The notes below the pieces were generated by a model. That model was not told where the DNA came from, made no database searches, and saw only the letters and a program-made list of their open reading frames with translations. 64,000 nucleotides of DNA from Staphylococcus phage S-CoN_Ph3: sequence record OR354826.1, one strand, 5' to 3'. Positions 29,036 to 39,879 of this stretch are shown here, in pieces. The position numbers and the translations under genes were made by a program. Numbering within the stretch: the first letter of the stretch is position 1; each line of letters starts with the position of its first letter.

Positions 29036-29872
29036 ATGGCAGGAGATAGATGGGTAAAGGTAATTAAGCCTAATAAAAGTGATATTTTATTAACAGACAT
29101 TCCAGGTCTCCATTTTCTGGAATGGAATATCCCATCTCCTGTTACTAATTCACAAGAACTAGAATTAACAGGCATTGACGGTGTTCTTCCTAGTAGGAAC
29201 ACCTACGGTGCTTTTGATTTAGAATTGTTATTTTATTTTGCTGGAACAGATTCTAAAGATTTGAATTTATTCTCTCAAAGAATGAAAAGTCTAGTAAATG
29301 AGAGAGACCCTTTTTATATAGTTCATTCTGATATGCCTAGATTTAAATATGCTGTAAATTCAGCTGAAATAGAATATGATAAAATAACAGTAGCAGATAT
29401 GAATTTCACAATTAAATTTCATTGCTATAAAGGATATGCAGAATCTTTATACAGTACAAAACATTATAGTCTATCAGATGATAATTGGCAATTCCAAAGT
29501 GGATTAGTAACTGATGAGGAGATTAAATATACTTTCCATTCAAATGGATTTAAAGTCTTTAATGGTGGAGACGATGAAATTAACCCACTATATAGACATA
29601 ATTTAAAAATATATATCAATGTAGATGCCCCAAACGGTTTTACTATTAGAAATAAAACAAACGGGACTTCTTTAACTTATAAAGGAAGTATTAAAAAGAA
29701 TAGAACTTTTGTTATAAATGGAATTTATTCTATTATAGATAATAAAAGAGTTGGAAAAGATACTGATTACGGTATTATTACTTTAGAACAAGGATATAAT
29801 GATATTGAAATAGATGGAACTTCAATAGGTTCAGCAAAATGTAGATTTGATTTTAACTTTATTTATAGATAA
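29036..29872 (+). CDS. distal tail protein (Dit)
   Basis: position right after TMP and tail lysin, before Tal. Confidence 0.45.
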   Translation: MAGDRWVKVIKPNKSDILLTDIPGLHFLEWNIPSPVTNSQELELTGIDGVLPSRNTYGAFDLELLFYFAGTDSKDLNLFSQRMKSLVNERDPFYIVHSDMPRFKYAVNSAEIEYDKITVADMNFTIKFHCYKGYAESLYSTKHYSLSDDNWQFQSGLVTDEEIKYTFHSNGFKVFNGGDDEINPLYRHNLKIYINVDAPNGFTIRNKTNGTSLTYKGSIKKNRTFVINGIYSIIDNKRVGKDTDYGIITLEQGYNDIEIDGTSIGSAKCRFDFNFIYR

Positions 29873-29885
29873 GGGAGGTAGAAGA

Positions 29886-30395
29886 ATGCACGAAGAAATT
29901 TTAATTATAGAAGATGAAAACAAAAACGTATCAGAACCGTTTATTGATTATTTATATGAATCTTTTAACTATGAACATGAAGAAAACGGTGCTCGTTCTA
30001 TCTCTTTTACTGCCTATAAAACAGATGAAAACCAAGATGTTTATTATTATTTGGTTAATGATAATTATATAATATATGCAGGACAATATTTTGTTATTAA
30101 AAATGTTGCTATAAAATCAGACAATACAAGTATACAAGCTGACATAACCGCTGAACACATAATGTTTGAATTGCAAAATCATTATATAGAAAAGGAAAAT
30201 GAAGAAGATGTAACAGTTGAAGTTAGTGATGATACTGAATCTGAAACTGAAAAAGTAATAACAATGACAGCAAAAGAATATATAGAAAATGGTTTAAAAG
30301 ATAATAAATTAGGATATACTTTTGAATTTATTGGTAAACATAATGTTAAGAAAAAGTTGATTCTCTTGGAGAAAAGAATGGTATGGAATATTTAA
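29886..30395 (+). CDS. tail-associated protein Tal, N-terminal fragment
   Basis: N-terminus resembles siphovirus Tal/tail-endopeptidase starts; overlaps the next ORF in the +1 frame. Confidence 0.45.
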   Translation: MHEEILIIEDENKNVSEPFIDYLYESFNYEHEENGARSISFTAYKTDENQDVYYYLVNDNYIIYAGQYFVIKNVAIKSDNTSIQADITAEHIMFELQNHYIEKENEEDVTVEVSDDTESETEKVITMTAKEYIENGLKDNKLGYTFEFIGKHNVKKKLILLEKRMVWNI

Positions 30396-31441
30396 CTTCT
30401 GGAGCTGAAACATTTGGTTATATTTATTTTGCTGACAATAAAAATATAAAAATATATGACCAAAAATCATACGGAACAGTAAATGACACTGTTATTAGAT
30501 ATAAGTATAATACGTCTAATATGGAGCTTACTATGAACTCTGCGGATGTTAAAACAGCAATTAAAGGATATGGTAAAAAAATATCTGATAAGGAATTAAA
30601 AAATTATAATGATAAAAAAACTAAAGACATGGAATTAAATGGTAATTTTATAAAACATGGAACATGGAGAACAGAAAATATAGGAGATAGTTATTCATAC
30701 ACACTGGATTGTAAGTGGGGAGATGAAACATTAATTTGGACACTTAAAAAAATGTCTAAAGGCGGAACACTAGATGTTTATCTTGATAACAAGAAAATAG
30801 GTAGTTATGATTGTTATAGTGAGAATGCTAAAACAGAAAAGAAAACACTTTCTAAAAACCTTTCAAAAGGTAAGCATACTTTTAAAGCAGTATTTACTGG
30901 AAAGAAAAATGGTGTCGATTATAAAAAATCAAAACCTTGTATGTATATTGGAACTGAAAAATCTGTTGTTCTTAAAACAGAAAGCAAAAGAACACCAGAG
31001 AAAACTTACCATGTTGTATCTGAATATCGTTCTCCTAACTTTAATCCTAAATTGCCAAAATATGCACCTTCTGTTTATTCAGAAGATATAGTTGACAAAA
31101 AAGAGTTGGACAAAGAATTAAAAGAAACATTACAAGATAAACCGGTTATTGAATTATCTGTTACTTATAATGGTCTTGAAAAATTTCAAGAAGACAGTAT
31201 TATAAGATTTATACATGAGCCTACTGGAATTAGCGATGATTTAAGAGTTGTTAGTTTTAAAAAGTCTTTAGACTTAATGAACCAACCATTAGAGATTGGT
31301 TTTAGTAATGCTAAGACAGATATTATAAAAATACAACAACAAATTGATAATAATATTAAACTTGCAACAACACCATTAGGATATGGTAATTCAGCACCGA
31401 TTTATTCTTCGGTTATAGGGAGTGTATTAGTAGATGAGTAG
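30383..31441 (+). CDS. tail-associated protein Tal, C-terminal fragment (separate frame)
   Basis: continuation-like sequence; 13-nt overlap with the previous ORF; either a frameshifted or split gene, or two genes. Confidence 0.45.
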   Translation: MEYLTSGAETFGYIYFADNKNIKIYDQKSYGTVNDTVIRYKYNTSNMELTMNSADVKTAIKGYGKKISDKELKNYNDKKTKDMELNGNFIKHGTWRTENIGDSYSYTLDCKWGDETLIWTLKKMSKGGTLDVYLDNKKIGSYDCYSENAKTEKKTLSKNLSKGKHTFKAVFTGKKNGVDYKKSKPCMYIGTEKSVVLKTESKRTPEKTYHVVSEYRSPNFNPKLPKYAPSVYSEDIVDKKELDKELKETLQDKPVIELSVTYNGLEKFQEDSIIRFIHEPTGISDDLRVVSFKKSLDLMNQPLEIGFSNAKTDIIKIQQQIDNNIKLATTPLGYGNSAPIYSSVIGSVLVDE

Positions 31442-32063
31442 ATATATTGATATAAGGAACTTACAAGATAGTAAAGGTAATGTATATTATCCACAGACGC
31501 ATGCAGAAGCAGTAGAAGGTCTTGATGTGAATGATATTGAAAACTCTATTACTGAACTTGAAGGCAGTGTAAACACCATAAATGAAACTTTATCGCAAAA
31601 AGCAGATGATACTCAGCAACAAGACGCAATGAATCAGCAACAAGAAAAAATAGATGGTTTAGATAAAAACATTCAATTCTTAAATTCTGCATTATCAGAT
31701 GTAGTAGGAGACACTGGTTGGAAAGATTATCAAGTAGCAAAGGGATTCGATAAGAATGGTGGCTTAAAAAGTGGTTTTGAATGTGGAATTAGAGAGATAA
31801 GAATTGGAAATAAACAATCTCCAATAGTAAGAATACGGACAATAAGAGTGAATATAGGGCTTGTGCCTCATAATCTGTCTGTAGCAAGACTTCCTATAGG
31901 TTTTGTTGATGAAGTTATTAGATTTGTACCAGGTGTTAGTAGTGGACATACTCCACCTGTAATTGGTATTGACCCAGACGGAACCATGAAAGTATATTTC
32001 CCACCAGAGGACAGAGACGGAAATCAATGGATTTATGGACAATATACATGGATTGTAAATTAA
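31434..32063 (+). CDS. tail/baseplate-associated hypothetical protein (209 aa)
   Basis: position. Confidence 0.4.
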   Translation: MSRYIDIRNLQDSKGNVYYPQTHAEAVEGLDVNDIENSITELEGSVNTINETLSQKADDTQQQDAMNQQQEKIDGLDKNIQFLNSALSDVVGDTGWKDYQVAKGFDKNGGLKSGFECGIREIRIGNKQSPIVRIRTIRVNIGLVPHNLSVARLPIGFVDEVIRFVPGVSSGHTPPVIGIDPDGTMKVYFPPEDRDGNQWIYGQYTWIVN

Positions 32064-32075
32064 GAAAGGTGGTAA

Positions 32076-34754
32076 ATGATTTTGAGATTATTTTTAGATT
32101 TCCCTGTTGAATTAGGGCAAGAGTTTAGATATAAAACAGTAGAAAATTTCAAAAGAATCGTTAATGCTCATGGGCGTTTAGTTGATGATTTAGAATACCA
32201 TAGAAAAGAAGAAAAGCACGCACATGATGCTAAACAAATTGATTACACAACAAGTTATTCAAGAAGTGTTAGTGACGCATTAGATAAACAGAACAATAGA
32301 ATCAATAATCTAGTAGTCGGTGCAAATGGAGATGCTATGGCAGAAGTTAAAGATAGCCGAGTTGCATTAGACGGAACAATAAGTGAATTGCTTTCACAAA
32401 GATTAGATTATGATTTTGGTAAATTGAATAAAAAAATAGATGATAACTTTAAGTACCTTAACGATAAGATTGAACGTATTGTTAATGTTAATGATTATGG
32501 CGCTGACCCTACAGGTCAAAAAGATTCAACATTAGCATTTCAAAAAGCATTTGGAGAAGGTCATAGACACGTTCATATGACAGAAGGTACTTATATTATA
32601 TCTGGTATTAAAATGCCTAACTACACTATTTTAAGTGGAGAAGGTAAAGGGATAACATATTTAAGAATTGCTGATGATGCTCCAGCTGAAACAATTGGTA
32701 TAACTAACTTAAATATGGATGGAACAGCTGAATATATCGGTGTTGATAATTTCACAATTGATGGAAATAGAACAAGACAAGGAAACACGTTATCTCCAGC
32801 TGGTGGTTCACGTTCAAGTAATATTAGATTTGCTGGTGTTAAGCATGGTTTTGCATGTTCTGTAGAATCATTTAGTAGTTTATTACATGGTATTGATGTA
32901 ACGTACGCTAGTGATGATTATTTCTATCAAGGAGACGGAATCAGAGTAAATGAAGCATTAGAAAGTAAATACATTCATATACAAGAATGTGAAACTTATG
33001 ATTTCGGAGATGATGGTATCACTACTCATCATAGTAGATACTTAATTCTACAAAATAATTATTCACATGACCCAGTAAAAGATAGTGGGAACCATAACGG
33101 TATTGAAGTAGACGATGGTTCACAACATGTATTTGTTATGGGTAACAAAACAGAAAAATGTTTTGGTGGTTTAGAAATCAAAGCACACGAACCTACAAGC
33201 GCAGCAAGCGATGTTGTTGTAAGTGACCATATTGATATTAAAAGTATTCGTTCTTATAATATTCGTCATATCGGACATCATAGAGCTGGGGATGTACAAT
33301 CTAAAACAGCTTATAATATTATGTTGAATAACTGTACTTCATTATATCCACAATATAATGGTTCATATGAGAACACAACACCAAGAGCAATGGTTATTTG
33401 TGCTTACAGAAATGTAGTCGTTAATAACTTTACAGCTATTGGCGATGGCAACTTTATGGCAAATATGCCAGTTATTGCTGTTCAATTCAGAGCTGAAAAT
33501 GTTATGCTTAATAATATTAATGTAAGTGGTTTCAAAAATTCATTAGCTGATGTTAAAGTATTTGGTGGAGCAAATAGACCTAAAAAAGTATCATTATCTA
33601 ATATCAACATTGTTAATTCATCTAACAATAGAGGTATTGCAGGCGGTGGAAAAATTTATGATTTAAGAATTATAAATGCTAACTTGCAAGGTAATGGTAC
33701 AGGAAATGGTGTTGAATTATATAACAACACGGCTGAAATTGTTGGAGTAAGTGCTGAGAATTATAAAAGACCAGCTATGATTGCTGGAAAAGAGTATTTT
33801 TATATGCCCACAAGTCTTAAAGGAGGATTTAGTGGAGGGAGTACAGGTAGTGCAGCTATTGCTGAAAGAAGTGCTGTTATTGCCTCTACTGATGGTTCCT
33901 TTGCTCATAGTAACCGTTCTTTTGTTATAGGCTCTGGTGCTGGTAGTATTGCTAATGGTTCACGTTCTGGTGTTATTAGTTCATTGTCATCTGTTATTGA
34001 GCCAGGCGGACATACTAGAATGATTATTAATAGTAAAAACATGAAAAACAGTGAAAACTATCACATTAAAGCTGGTTATGGAGCTGACGGTCCACCAAGT
34101 GAATCAAATACTAAACTTGATATTAGTACATTTACTGGTACAATCAAGACAGCAGGACAAGTTCAATCTGGACAAAACTTTGGGGACTATGCCGAGTATT
34201 TTGAATCACAAAGTGGTATGGCAATTCCTACTGGTAATATAGTTACACTTGATGGCAGATTTATAAGAAAAGCACAAGTCAATGATATTCCAATCGGTGT
34301 TATATCTGAGACAGCAGGAGTTATTTTAGGGGACCAAATGTTCCATCACAAAGATAAATATCTTAAAAATGAGTTTGGCGGAGTCATTACTGAAAGCGTC
34401 AAAAAAGAATGGCAAGATGATGCTGGTAATTGGTATTCAGATACAGTAGAAATGCCAGTTAAAAATCCAGATTTTGACGAACGAGACGAAGAAGAATATC
34501 TATCTCGTGCTGAACGACCAGAATGGAACGTTGTAGGTCTTATAGGTCAAGTATATATTAGAATAGATGGTACTGTCAAAGAAAATGATTATATTAAGCC
34601 AGTAAACGGTGTCGGAACTAAAGATAATATTAATGGTTATTATAGAGTTGAACAAATTACTACCCCATATGATAACGATAAAGGTTATGGTGTGGCAATT
34701 GCATTTATCCACCCTATTACACCAAGCATAATTAATAAAGGAAGTGTTAAATAA
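32076..34754 (+). CDS. tail spike / receptor-binding protein with pectate-lyase-like beta-helix domain (putative depolymerase)
   Basis: VNVNDYGADPTGQKDSTLAFQKAF start of pectate_lyase_3-like domains; many NxxN/beta-helix repeats; C-terminal GDYAEYFE region. Confidence 0.55.
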   Translation: MILRLFLDFPVELGQEFRYKTVENFKRIVNAHGRLVDDLEYHRKEEKHAHDAKQIDYTTSYSRSVSDALDKQNNRINNLVVGANGDAMAEVKDSRVALDGTISELLSQRLDYDFGKLNKKIDDNFKYLNDKIERIVNVNDYGADPTGQKDSTLAFQKAFGEGHRHVHMTEGTYIISGIKMPNYTILSGEGKGITYLRIADDAPAETIGITNLNMDGTAEYIGVDNFTIDGNRTRQGNTLSPAGGSRSSNIRFAGVKHGFACSVESFSSLLHGIDVTYASDDYFYQGDGIRVNEALESKYIHIQECETYDFGDDGITTHHSRYLILQNNYSHDPVKDSGNHNGIEVDDGSQHVFVMGNKTEKCFGGLEIKAHEPTSAASDVVVSDHIDIKSIRSYNIRHIGHHRAGDVQSKTAYNIMLNNCTSLYPQYNGSYENTTPRAMVICAYRNVVVNNFTAIGDGNFMANMPVIAVQFRAENVMLNNINVSGFKNSLADVKVFGGANRPKKVSLSNINIVNSSNNRGIAGGGKIYDLRIINANLQGNGTGNGVELYNNTAEIVGVSAENYKRPAMIAGKEYFYMPTSLKGGFSGGSTGSAAIAERSAVIASTDGSFAHSNRSFVIGSGAGSIANGSRSGVISSLSSVIEPGGHTRMIINSKNMKNSENYHIKAGYGADGPPSESNTKLDISTFTGTIKTAGQVQSGQNFGDYAEYFESQSGMAIPTGNIVTLDGRFIRKAQVNDIPIGVISETAGVILGDQMFHHKDKYLKNEFGGVITESVKKEWQDDAGNWYSDTVEMPVKNPDFDERDEEEYLSRAERPEWNVVGLIGQVYIRIDGTVKENDYIKPVNGVGTKDNINGYYRVEQITTPYDNDKGYGVAIAFIHPITPSIINKGSVK

Positions 34755-36502
34755 TGGCATCAGAAGAAATTAAAAAGACCGCTGTCATTAACATGTATGA
34801 TTCTCCTTACGCTAAGGCTACCCACGATTCTGGGGTAGTCTTTTATAATTTAGATATAGCTACTGCTGTATTGGAGTTTCATATTAAAAAAGACAATTTT
34901 CCACTACAAATAAGTGATAAGAACGTAGACACTTATGTTTATTTAAAAGGAACTGACAGAAACGGTAATCCTTATGGTAGACAATTAGATGTTGAATATA
35001 TTGACCCATTTAATGGTATTGTATCTTTAACAGTTCCAAATGATTATCTACAAACTGTTAATAATTCAACTGTAACAGGTCAAATGTATATTAGTTTGCA
35101 TAGAGATAATAGAGTACCAGAAACAAAATCTGACACAGCAGTATTAAATGAATTTAAATTCAAAGTAAGGGATTCTCTTATTAACAGCATATCTGGTGTA
35201 ACTAAGATTGAATATATAAGAATGTTTGATAAGTTAAGAGATGAAATCCAAAAAAGAATTAGTGACATTGAAGAAGCTATAGCAAATGGCGAAGATTATG
35301 TTGCAGAAATGAAAACAGTTTTATCAGACGGAACAAAACTTATAAAAGACACAGCAGATAAAGCAGTAGACACTGTTAATACCACTTCAGACAATGCTAT
35401 TAACACAGTAAATACTACTAAAGATTCAGCAGTTAACACAATAACTAGTGCTCGTGATGAAGTGTTAAACGCTATTAACGATAATGAAGTAGTAAGAAAA
35501 ACTGAAATGTCTGGGTACTTTGATGAACAAGATTGGCAAAAATATAAATTAACTAACGATGATGGTACTAGTTTTTATGATAGTGATATGCGTATAGACT
35601 TTGATAACAACGAACAATTAGACAGTTTACATTGTGATACTAGATATGTTATTAATTCAAAAGGGTTACCTAGTAATATACCCTCAAATTCTGGCTGGCT
35701 AACTAAATATTCTAGACAGGACGGAAACTCTACACTATTAATATTTAAACCTTATAATTCATCATATCTATATACTAAAGAGAAGTTTTATAATACTTGG
35801 GGAGATTGGAAAATATTAAACCCAAACTATGAAAAAGATTTAAACTGGCAAAAATATAAGTTTACTGAAGATGATGGAACAATAAAGTATATATCAAAAG
35901 GGTCTATAACAGATGTAAAAACTTTACCGCCAGGTTTTTACGAAACTGTATCTAACGATGATGCATCAAGTCAAGATATACCTTTAGATAACAGTTATGT
36001 ACAAATAAAAGTATGGGAAGCTAACGAAGGACGAAAAGAGATAGAGCTTACTTCTACTTATAATAACAAAAAATACTTTAGACTGCTCCATACAAACGGC
36101 GATAGAGATTCGGGCTGGATAGAAGTAGGTCCTACACAAGAAGACACAGGTTGGATTCCATTCCAACTATTAAACGGCGCTCAATCAAATACTGAATATA
36201 GCGATAGTTTAGGGAATGGTTTTAAATGTTCTTATAGAACTGTTGTTAACGGTAGTCTTGTTACGAACTATTTAAGAATAAATGGTAGAAATATACAAAC
36301 TGATACTGTTATTGCAAAAATACCAGAAAAAATGGTAAAACATGCTCAAACATTTATACCTAGAACGCCTACAAATAGACCTATGGGATATATTATATTA
36401 TATACTAATGGAGAAGTTAAGTTTTTTGTAAACGGTGGTACTGGGACAGCTTCTTGGGACAGTAGTGCATATATGTATGGAGAGTTTAGTTGGACTAATT
36501 AA
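34754..36502 (+). CDS. tail fibre protein
   Basis: 582 aa, repetitive TVNTT / DSAVNT segments, position. Confidence 0.45.
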   Translation: MASEEIKKTAVINMYDSPYAKATHDSGVVFYNLDIATAVLEFHIKKDNFPLQISDKNVDTYVYLKGTDRNGNPYGRQLDVEYIDPFNGIVSLTVPNDYLQTVNNSTVTGQMYISLHRDNRVPETKSDTAVLNEFKFKVRDSLINSISGVTKIEYIRMFDKLRDEIQKRISDIEEAIANGEDYVAEMKTVLSDGTKLIKDTADKAVDTVNTTSDNAINTVNTTKDSAVNTITSARDEVLNAINDNEVVRKTEMSGYFDEQDWQKYKLTNDDGTSFYDSDMRIDFDNNEQLDSLHCDTRYVINSKGLPSNIPSNSGWLTKYSRQDGNSTLLIFKPYNSSYLYTKEKFYNTWGDWKILNPNYEKDLNWQKYKFTEDDGTIKYISKGSITDVKTLPPGFYETVSNDDASSQDIPLDNSYVQIKVWEANEGRKEIELTSTYNNKKYFRLLHTNGDRDSGWIEVGPTQEDTGWIPFQLLNGAQSNTEYSDSLGNGFKCSYRTVVNGSLVTNYLRINGRNIQTDTVIAKIPEKMVKHAQTFIPRTPTNRPMGYIILYTNGEVKFFVNGGTGTASWDSSAYMYGEFSWTN

Positions 36503-36515
36503 GGAGGGTTATATA

Positions 36516-36944
36516 ATGGATTTTAAACAAGTTTTTTTATATGATGGAACACCATATTTAGCATTTCGTGGCTCCGATGGGGAATATGATTATCCTAATG
36601 ACGAGTGGACAGAAACTCCACCACCAGAAGGATTATATGAGCCTATATATTTTAATGGGAATGAGTGGAAAGGTGCAAGTAAAGAAGAATGGGAAAAGTC
36701 TATACAAAAGAAGAAGGAAGAAGAGTTATCTAAACTTCCACCGTATGAACCAACACCTATAGAACGTTTAGCTGCAACGTCACAGTTACAAACTTCTAAA
36801 ACAGCAAGAAGACTACAGACATTGGAACAGACACAAGCAAAAAGTTTAGTCAACGATGCTGAAAAAGACAGAAAGATAAAAGTTTTAGAAGAGCAAGTGG
36901 CTAGATTAATGCTTGAATTAACTAAAAAAGGAAGTGTTGAATAA
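36516..36944 (+). CDS. hypothetical protein (142 aa; track ORF 36435 shortened to ATG 36516 with AGGAGGG RBS)
   Basis: RBS-supported start. Confidence 0.45.
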   Translation: MDFKQVFLYDGTPYLAFRGSDGEYDYPNDEWTETPPPEGLYEPIYFNGNEWKGASKEEWEKSIQKKKEEELSKLPPYEPTPIERLAATSQLQTSKTARRLQTLEQTQAKSLVNDAEKDRKIKVLEEQVARLMLELTKKGSVE

Positions 36945-37096
36945 TGTATCCAGGTTTTGATGCTATTAAATATTTTTATGATATTAATTGCTATACTAAT
37001 GAAGATATTCAAACATATGTAGAATTAGGTTGTATTAATAAAGAAGAATATAAAAAAATCACTAAAGAAGACTATCCAGAAGACACTGAATTATAG
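36944..37096 (+). CDS. small hypothetical protein (50 aa)
   Basis: ATG overlaps the preceding stop (TAATG). Confidence 0.3.
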   Translation: MYPGFDAIKYFYDINCYTNEDIQTYVELGCINKEEYKKITKEDYPEDTEL

Positions 37097-37107
37097 TAGG
37101 TGTTATT

Positions 37108-37311
37108 ATGATGATTAAATTAAAAGATAATAAAAATTTATCTGATTTAGACGCTACTATTTATATAATTATAAATGGTGGCGTTTTTAAATATAGAACT
37201 TTTGTTCATAATGATAATGTGATTTTTATTGAAAAATATTTCGACAATATATATAAATTATATATAGATACGAAAGAATTTAACGTAGAAAATATAGAAA
37301 TAGGAGAGTAA
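37108..37311 (+). CDS. hypothetical protein (67 aa)
   Basis: ORF. Confidence 0.4.
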   Translation: MMIKLKDNKNLSDLDATIYIIINGGVFKYRTFVHNDNVIFIEKYFDNIYKLYIDTKEFNVENIEIGE

Positions 37312-37315
37312 TATA

Positions 37316-37891
37316 ATGGAAAAGAAACTAAGACTTTTTTCTAAAGACGGTAAAGTATTAAAAACATCAAATGCTATTGAAGATAAGACAGGACAAATAG
37401 TAATTGATGAATTAACTCCTAATACACAATATAACGATGGAGACTTTAAAGTTGCTTGGGTTATAGATGGTAAAGAAACAGGTAAAACAGATGTTCCATC
37501 ATTTAAAACTTTAGATAATCCAGAAAGAATTGTTGTTGTTACGTTCAACGGATTAGACGAACTAGACATAGAAGCACTAAAAGGACAAGACGGTACTGAT
37601 GGAGAAGATGGGAAATCTATCACAGTTACTAGTTCTGATTTAGATGAGCAGGGGAACACGGTAATCACTTTTAGTGACAATACTAAAGTAACAGTTAACA
37701 AAGGTAAAGATGGTCAAGACGGAAAATCATTTAATGTTTCAGATTTAACAGAAGATGATTATAAAAAAATACTTGATTATGGTGTAGCAAATGGCTATTT
37801 CAAACAACAAGAAAATACTGAAAATATTGTTATGAGTGAAACTGAACCAGAAGACAAATCAAAAATTTGGATAGATACTAGTAATCAATAA
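37316..37891 (+). CDS. collagen-like (Gly-X-Y) repeat protein, probable fibre component
   Basis: GQDGTDGEDGKS and GKDGQDGKS triplet repeats. Confidence 0.45.
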   Translation: MEKKLRLFSKDGKVLKTSNAIEDKTGQIVIDELTPNTQYNDGDFKVAWVIDGKETGKTDVPSFKTLDNPERIVVVTFNGLDELDIEALKGQDGTDGEDGKSITVTSSDLDEQGNTVITFSDNTKVTVNKGKDGQDGKSFNVSDLTEDDYKKILDYGVANGYFKQQENTENIVMSETEPEDKSKIWIDTSNQ

Positions 37892-37915
37892 AAGATAAAA
37901 GGAGTATAAAAAATA

Positions 37916-38353
37916 ATGAAGAATGGAATATTTTCTGATTCAGAAAAACTATCTACTATTCTTCTTATCATTCTTGGTTTAATACCGGCTTCAAGAGGTG
38001 TTTATTGGATAACAAACAGTCAAGTGGCTATTGATGATTCTCCTTTATATGAAAAATTAGATAGTATAGCTCCTTTATTTGTGTGGGGGCTACCTATTTT
38101 AATAGGAGGATTATTCTTAATAGTAGCGAGTATATTTATAGTATCGCCCAAAACAAGAACTCATTATTATATATTTCTTATAATTGGAGGATTGTTATGT
38201 GGTCTAGGTTCTATTGTAATAGCTGCTGCGTCAGTTGAGAACAACTTAAATTGGCTGACGCCAGTTCATAACACGTGTTTATCTATAGGCTTTTTTGCAA
38301 TAACTTGGATAGGGATTAGTTCTCTGTGGAACCAGAAAAAAGAAAAGACTTAG
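37916..38353 (+). CDS. polytopic membrane protein (4 TM)
   Basis: hydrophobic profile; in lysis region. Confidence 0.45.
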   Translation: MKNGIFSDSEKLSTILLIILGLIPASRGVYWITNSQVAIDDSPLYEKLDSIAPLFVWGLPILIGGLFLIVASIFIVSPKTRTHYYIFLIIGGLLCGLGSIVIAAASVENNLNWLTPVHNTCLSIGFFAITWIGISSLWNQKKEKT

Positions 38354-38781
38354 ACTATTCTTATTACGTTCCTAGACATGAATTTGAGATTGAAAAAAAT
38401 GAAATTTATAAGGATTTAAACAAAAAAGCCGAAACACTTAGAGATAAAATTGAAGAAGTTGATGATAAGCATTTACAAAACTTTCATCAAATACAAAGAA
38501 ATTTAGACCAATATGTAAGAAGTACAGATAGCTTAAATGAAAGTGTTAGAGAACTTAATCAGAGTTTTAACACAATGTCTAAAACGATAAATGAAAACAT
38601 TGGAGACATTAAAGATGTTAAAACTAGAGTAGAAAAAACAGAATCAACTATAACTGAAAAAGAACTACTTAAAGAACAAAGAAGAATAGAAATAATAAAA
38701 TCATTCTTTGCTCTAATTACTACTCTGTTAGGTGCTGGTGGATTAATTTCATGGCTAGGTCCTTTGATATTTGGAAAATAA
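38326..38781 (+). CDS. hypothetical protein with C-terminal TM anchor; start uncertain
   Basis: ORF track (non-ATG start). Confidence 0.35.
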   Translation: MEPEKRKDLDYSYYVPRHEFEIEKNEIYKDLNKKAETLRDKIEEVDDKHLQNFHQIQRNLDQYVRSTDSLNESVRELNQSFNTMSKTINENIGDIKDVKTRVEKTESTITEKELLKEQRRIEIIKSFFALITTLLGAGGLISWLGPLIFGK

Positions 38782-38802
38782 CTATAGAAAGGAATCAATA
38801 GA

Positions 38803-39279
38803 ATGTCAAAAATTAATTGGAAAGTAAGAGCTAAAAAGAAATCATTTTGGGTTGCTATTGTATCAGCAGTCGCTCTTTTTATTAACAATATTACTGGTGC
38901 GTTTGGGTTAGATTATTCAGCGCAGGTTCAAACTGGTGTTGATATTGTTAGTGCAATTTTAACATTGTTAGCAGGTCTTGGAATTGTTACTGATATGACT
39001 ACTAAAGGAATCGGAGATAGTGAAATTGCGCAGACTTATTCTAAACCACGTAACTCCAAAGACCCAGAACAATATGTTGATTGGATGAAAAATGAATCAA
39101 AAGAAACACCAGAAAAGAAAAATTTTGAATTAGAAGAATTTGATACAAGTAAACCATTTACTGATGATAAAGATGAAGTAGATTTTGATGTTTCTGAATA
39201 CGAACATGAAGATATTGGTGTTCATGGTAAAAGTGGAATGCACGATGAAGAAATAAAAGAACAAGAAGTAGATAAGTAG
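38803..39279 (+). CDS. holin (phi11/80alpha-type staphylococcal phage holin)
   Basis: MSKINWKVRAKKKSFW...FGLDYSAQVQTGVDIVSAILTLLAGLGIVTD...IAQTY..PR closely parallels known Staphylococcus siphovirus holins. Confidence 0.75.
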   Translation: MSKINWKVRAKKKSFWVAIVSAVALFINNITGAFGLDYSAQVQTGVDIVSAILTLLAGLGIVTDMTTKGIGDSEIAQTYSKPRNSKDPEQYVDWMKNESKETPEKKNFELEEFDTSKPFTDDKDEVDFDVSEYEHEDIGVHGKSGMHDEEIKEQEVDK

Positions 39280-39342
39280 AATTATAAAGCAGACTAGTTT
39301 TATACTAGTCTGTATTATTTATTATAAAAAAGGAGACAGATT

Positions 39343-39867
39343 ATGGCTATTATTAAAACATTTGATAAAGAAAAACAACAATGGTTAGAAGTCTTTGCTA
39401 GACCAGTTGCTGAAGAAGTAGTTAAGATAATGAAAGATGATTGGTTATCTAATAAGAAAACAATTGACTATTGGTTATTACAATATACAGAGGGGGTAGC
39501 CGAGCCTATACAAGTTGCTATATTTACTGATGGCAATGAAGTTGATGATACGCTAAAAAGTAATTTAGAATGGGCTTTTAACGATTATATATCTGGCTTG
39601 GAAAATAAGAAATTATTTAACTTACAAGATTTTATAAATGATTGTCATAGCAGAAAAATAGATTTGCCTAAACAATTTAAAGTTAATGCCACAGTTCAAT
39701 TTGACAGTTTAGACTATCCTATTCATTTGCAAGAAATAGACAATATGACTACTAATGTTGATGTAATAGGTATGTTAGATGAATCTTCTAAAGGTTCAAT
39801 TGAAGTGAAATATATTTACAATGACCACCCTATAGAAGATAAAAAATTAGTAAAAGAAAATAAATAG
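39343..39867 (+). CDS. hypothetical protein (174 aa)
   Basis: ORF between holin and endolysin. Confidence 0.45.
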   Translation: MAIIKTFDKEKQQWLEVFARPVAEEVVKIMKDDWLSNKKTIDYWLLQYTEGVAEPIQVAIFTDGNEVDDTLKSNLEWAFNDYISGLENKKLFNLQDFINDCHSRKIDLPKQFKVNATVQFDSLDYPIHLQEIDNMTTNVDVIGMLDESSKGSIEVKYIYNDHPIEDKKLVKENK

Positions 39868-39879
39868 GAGGGGTAATAT

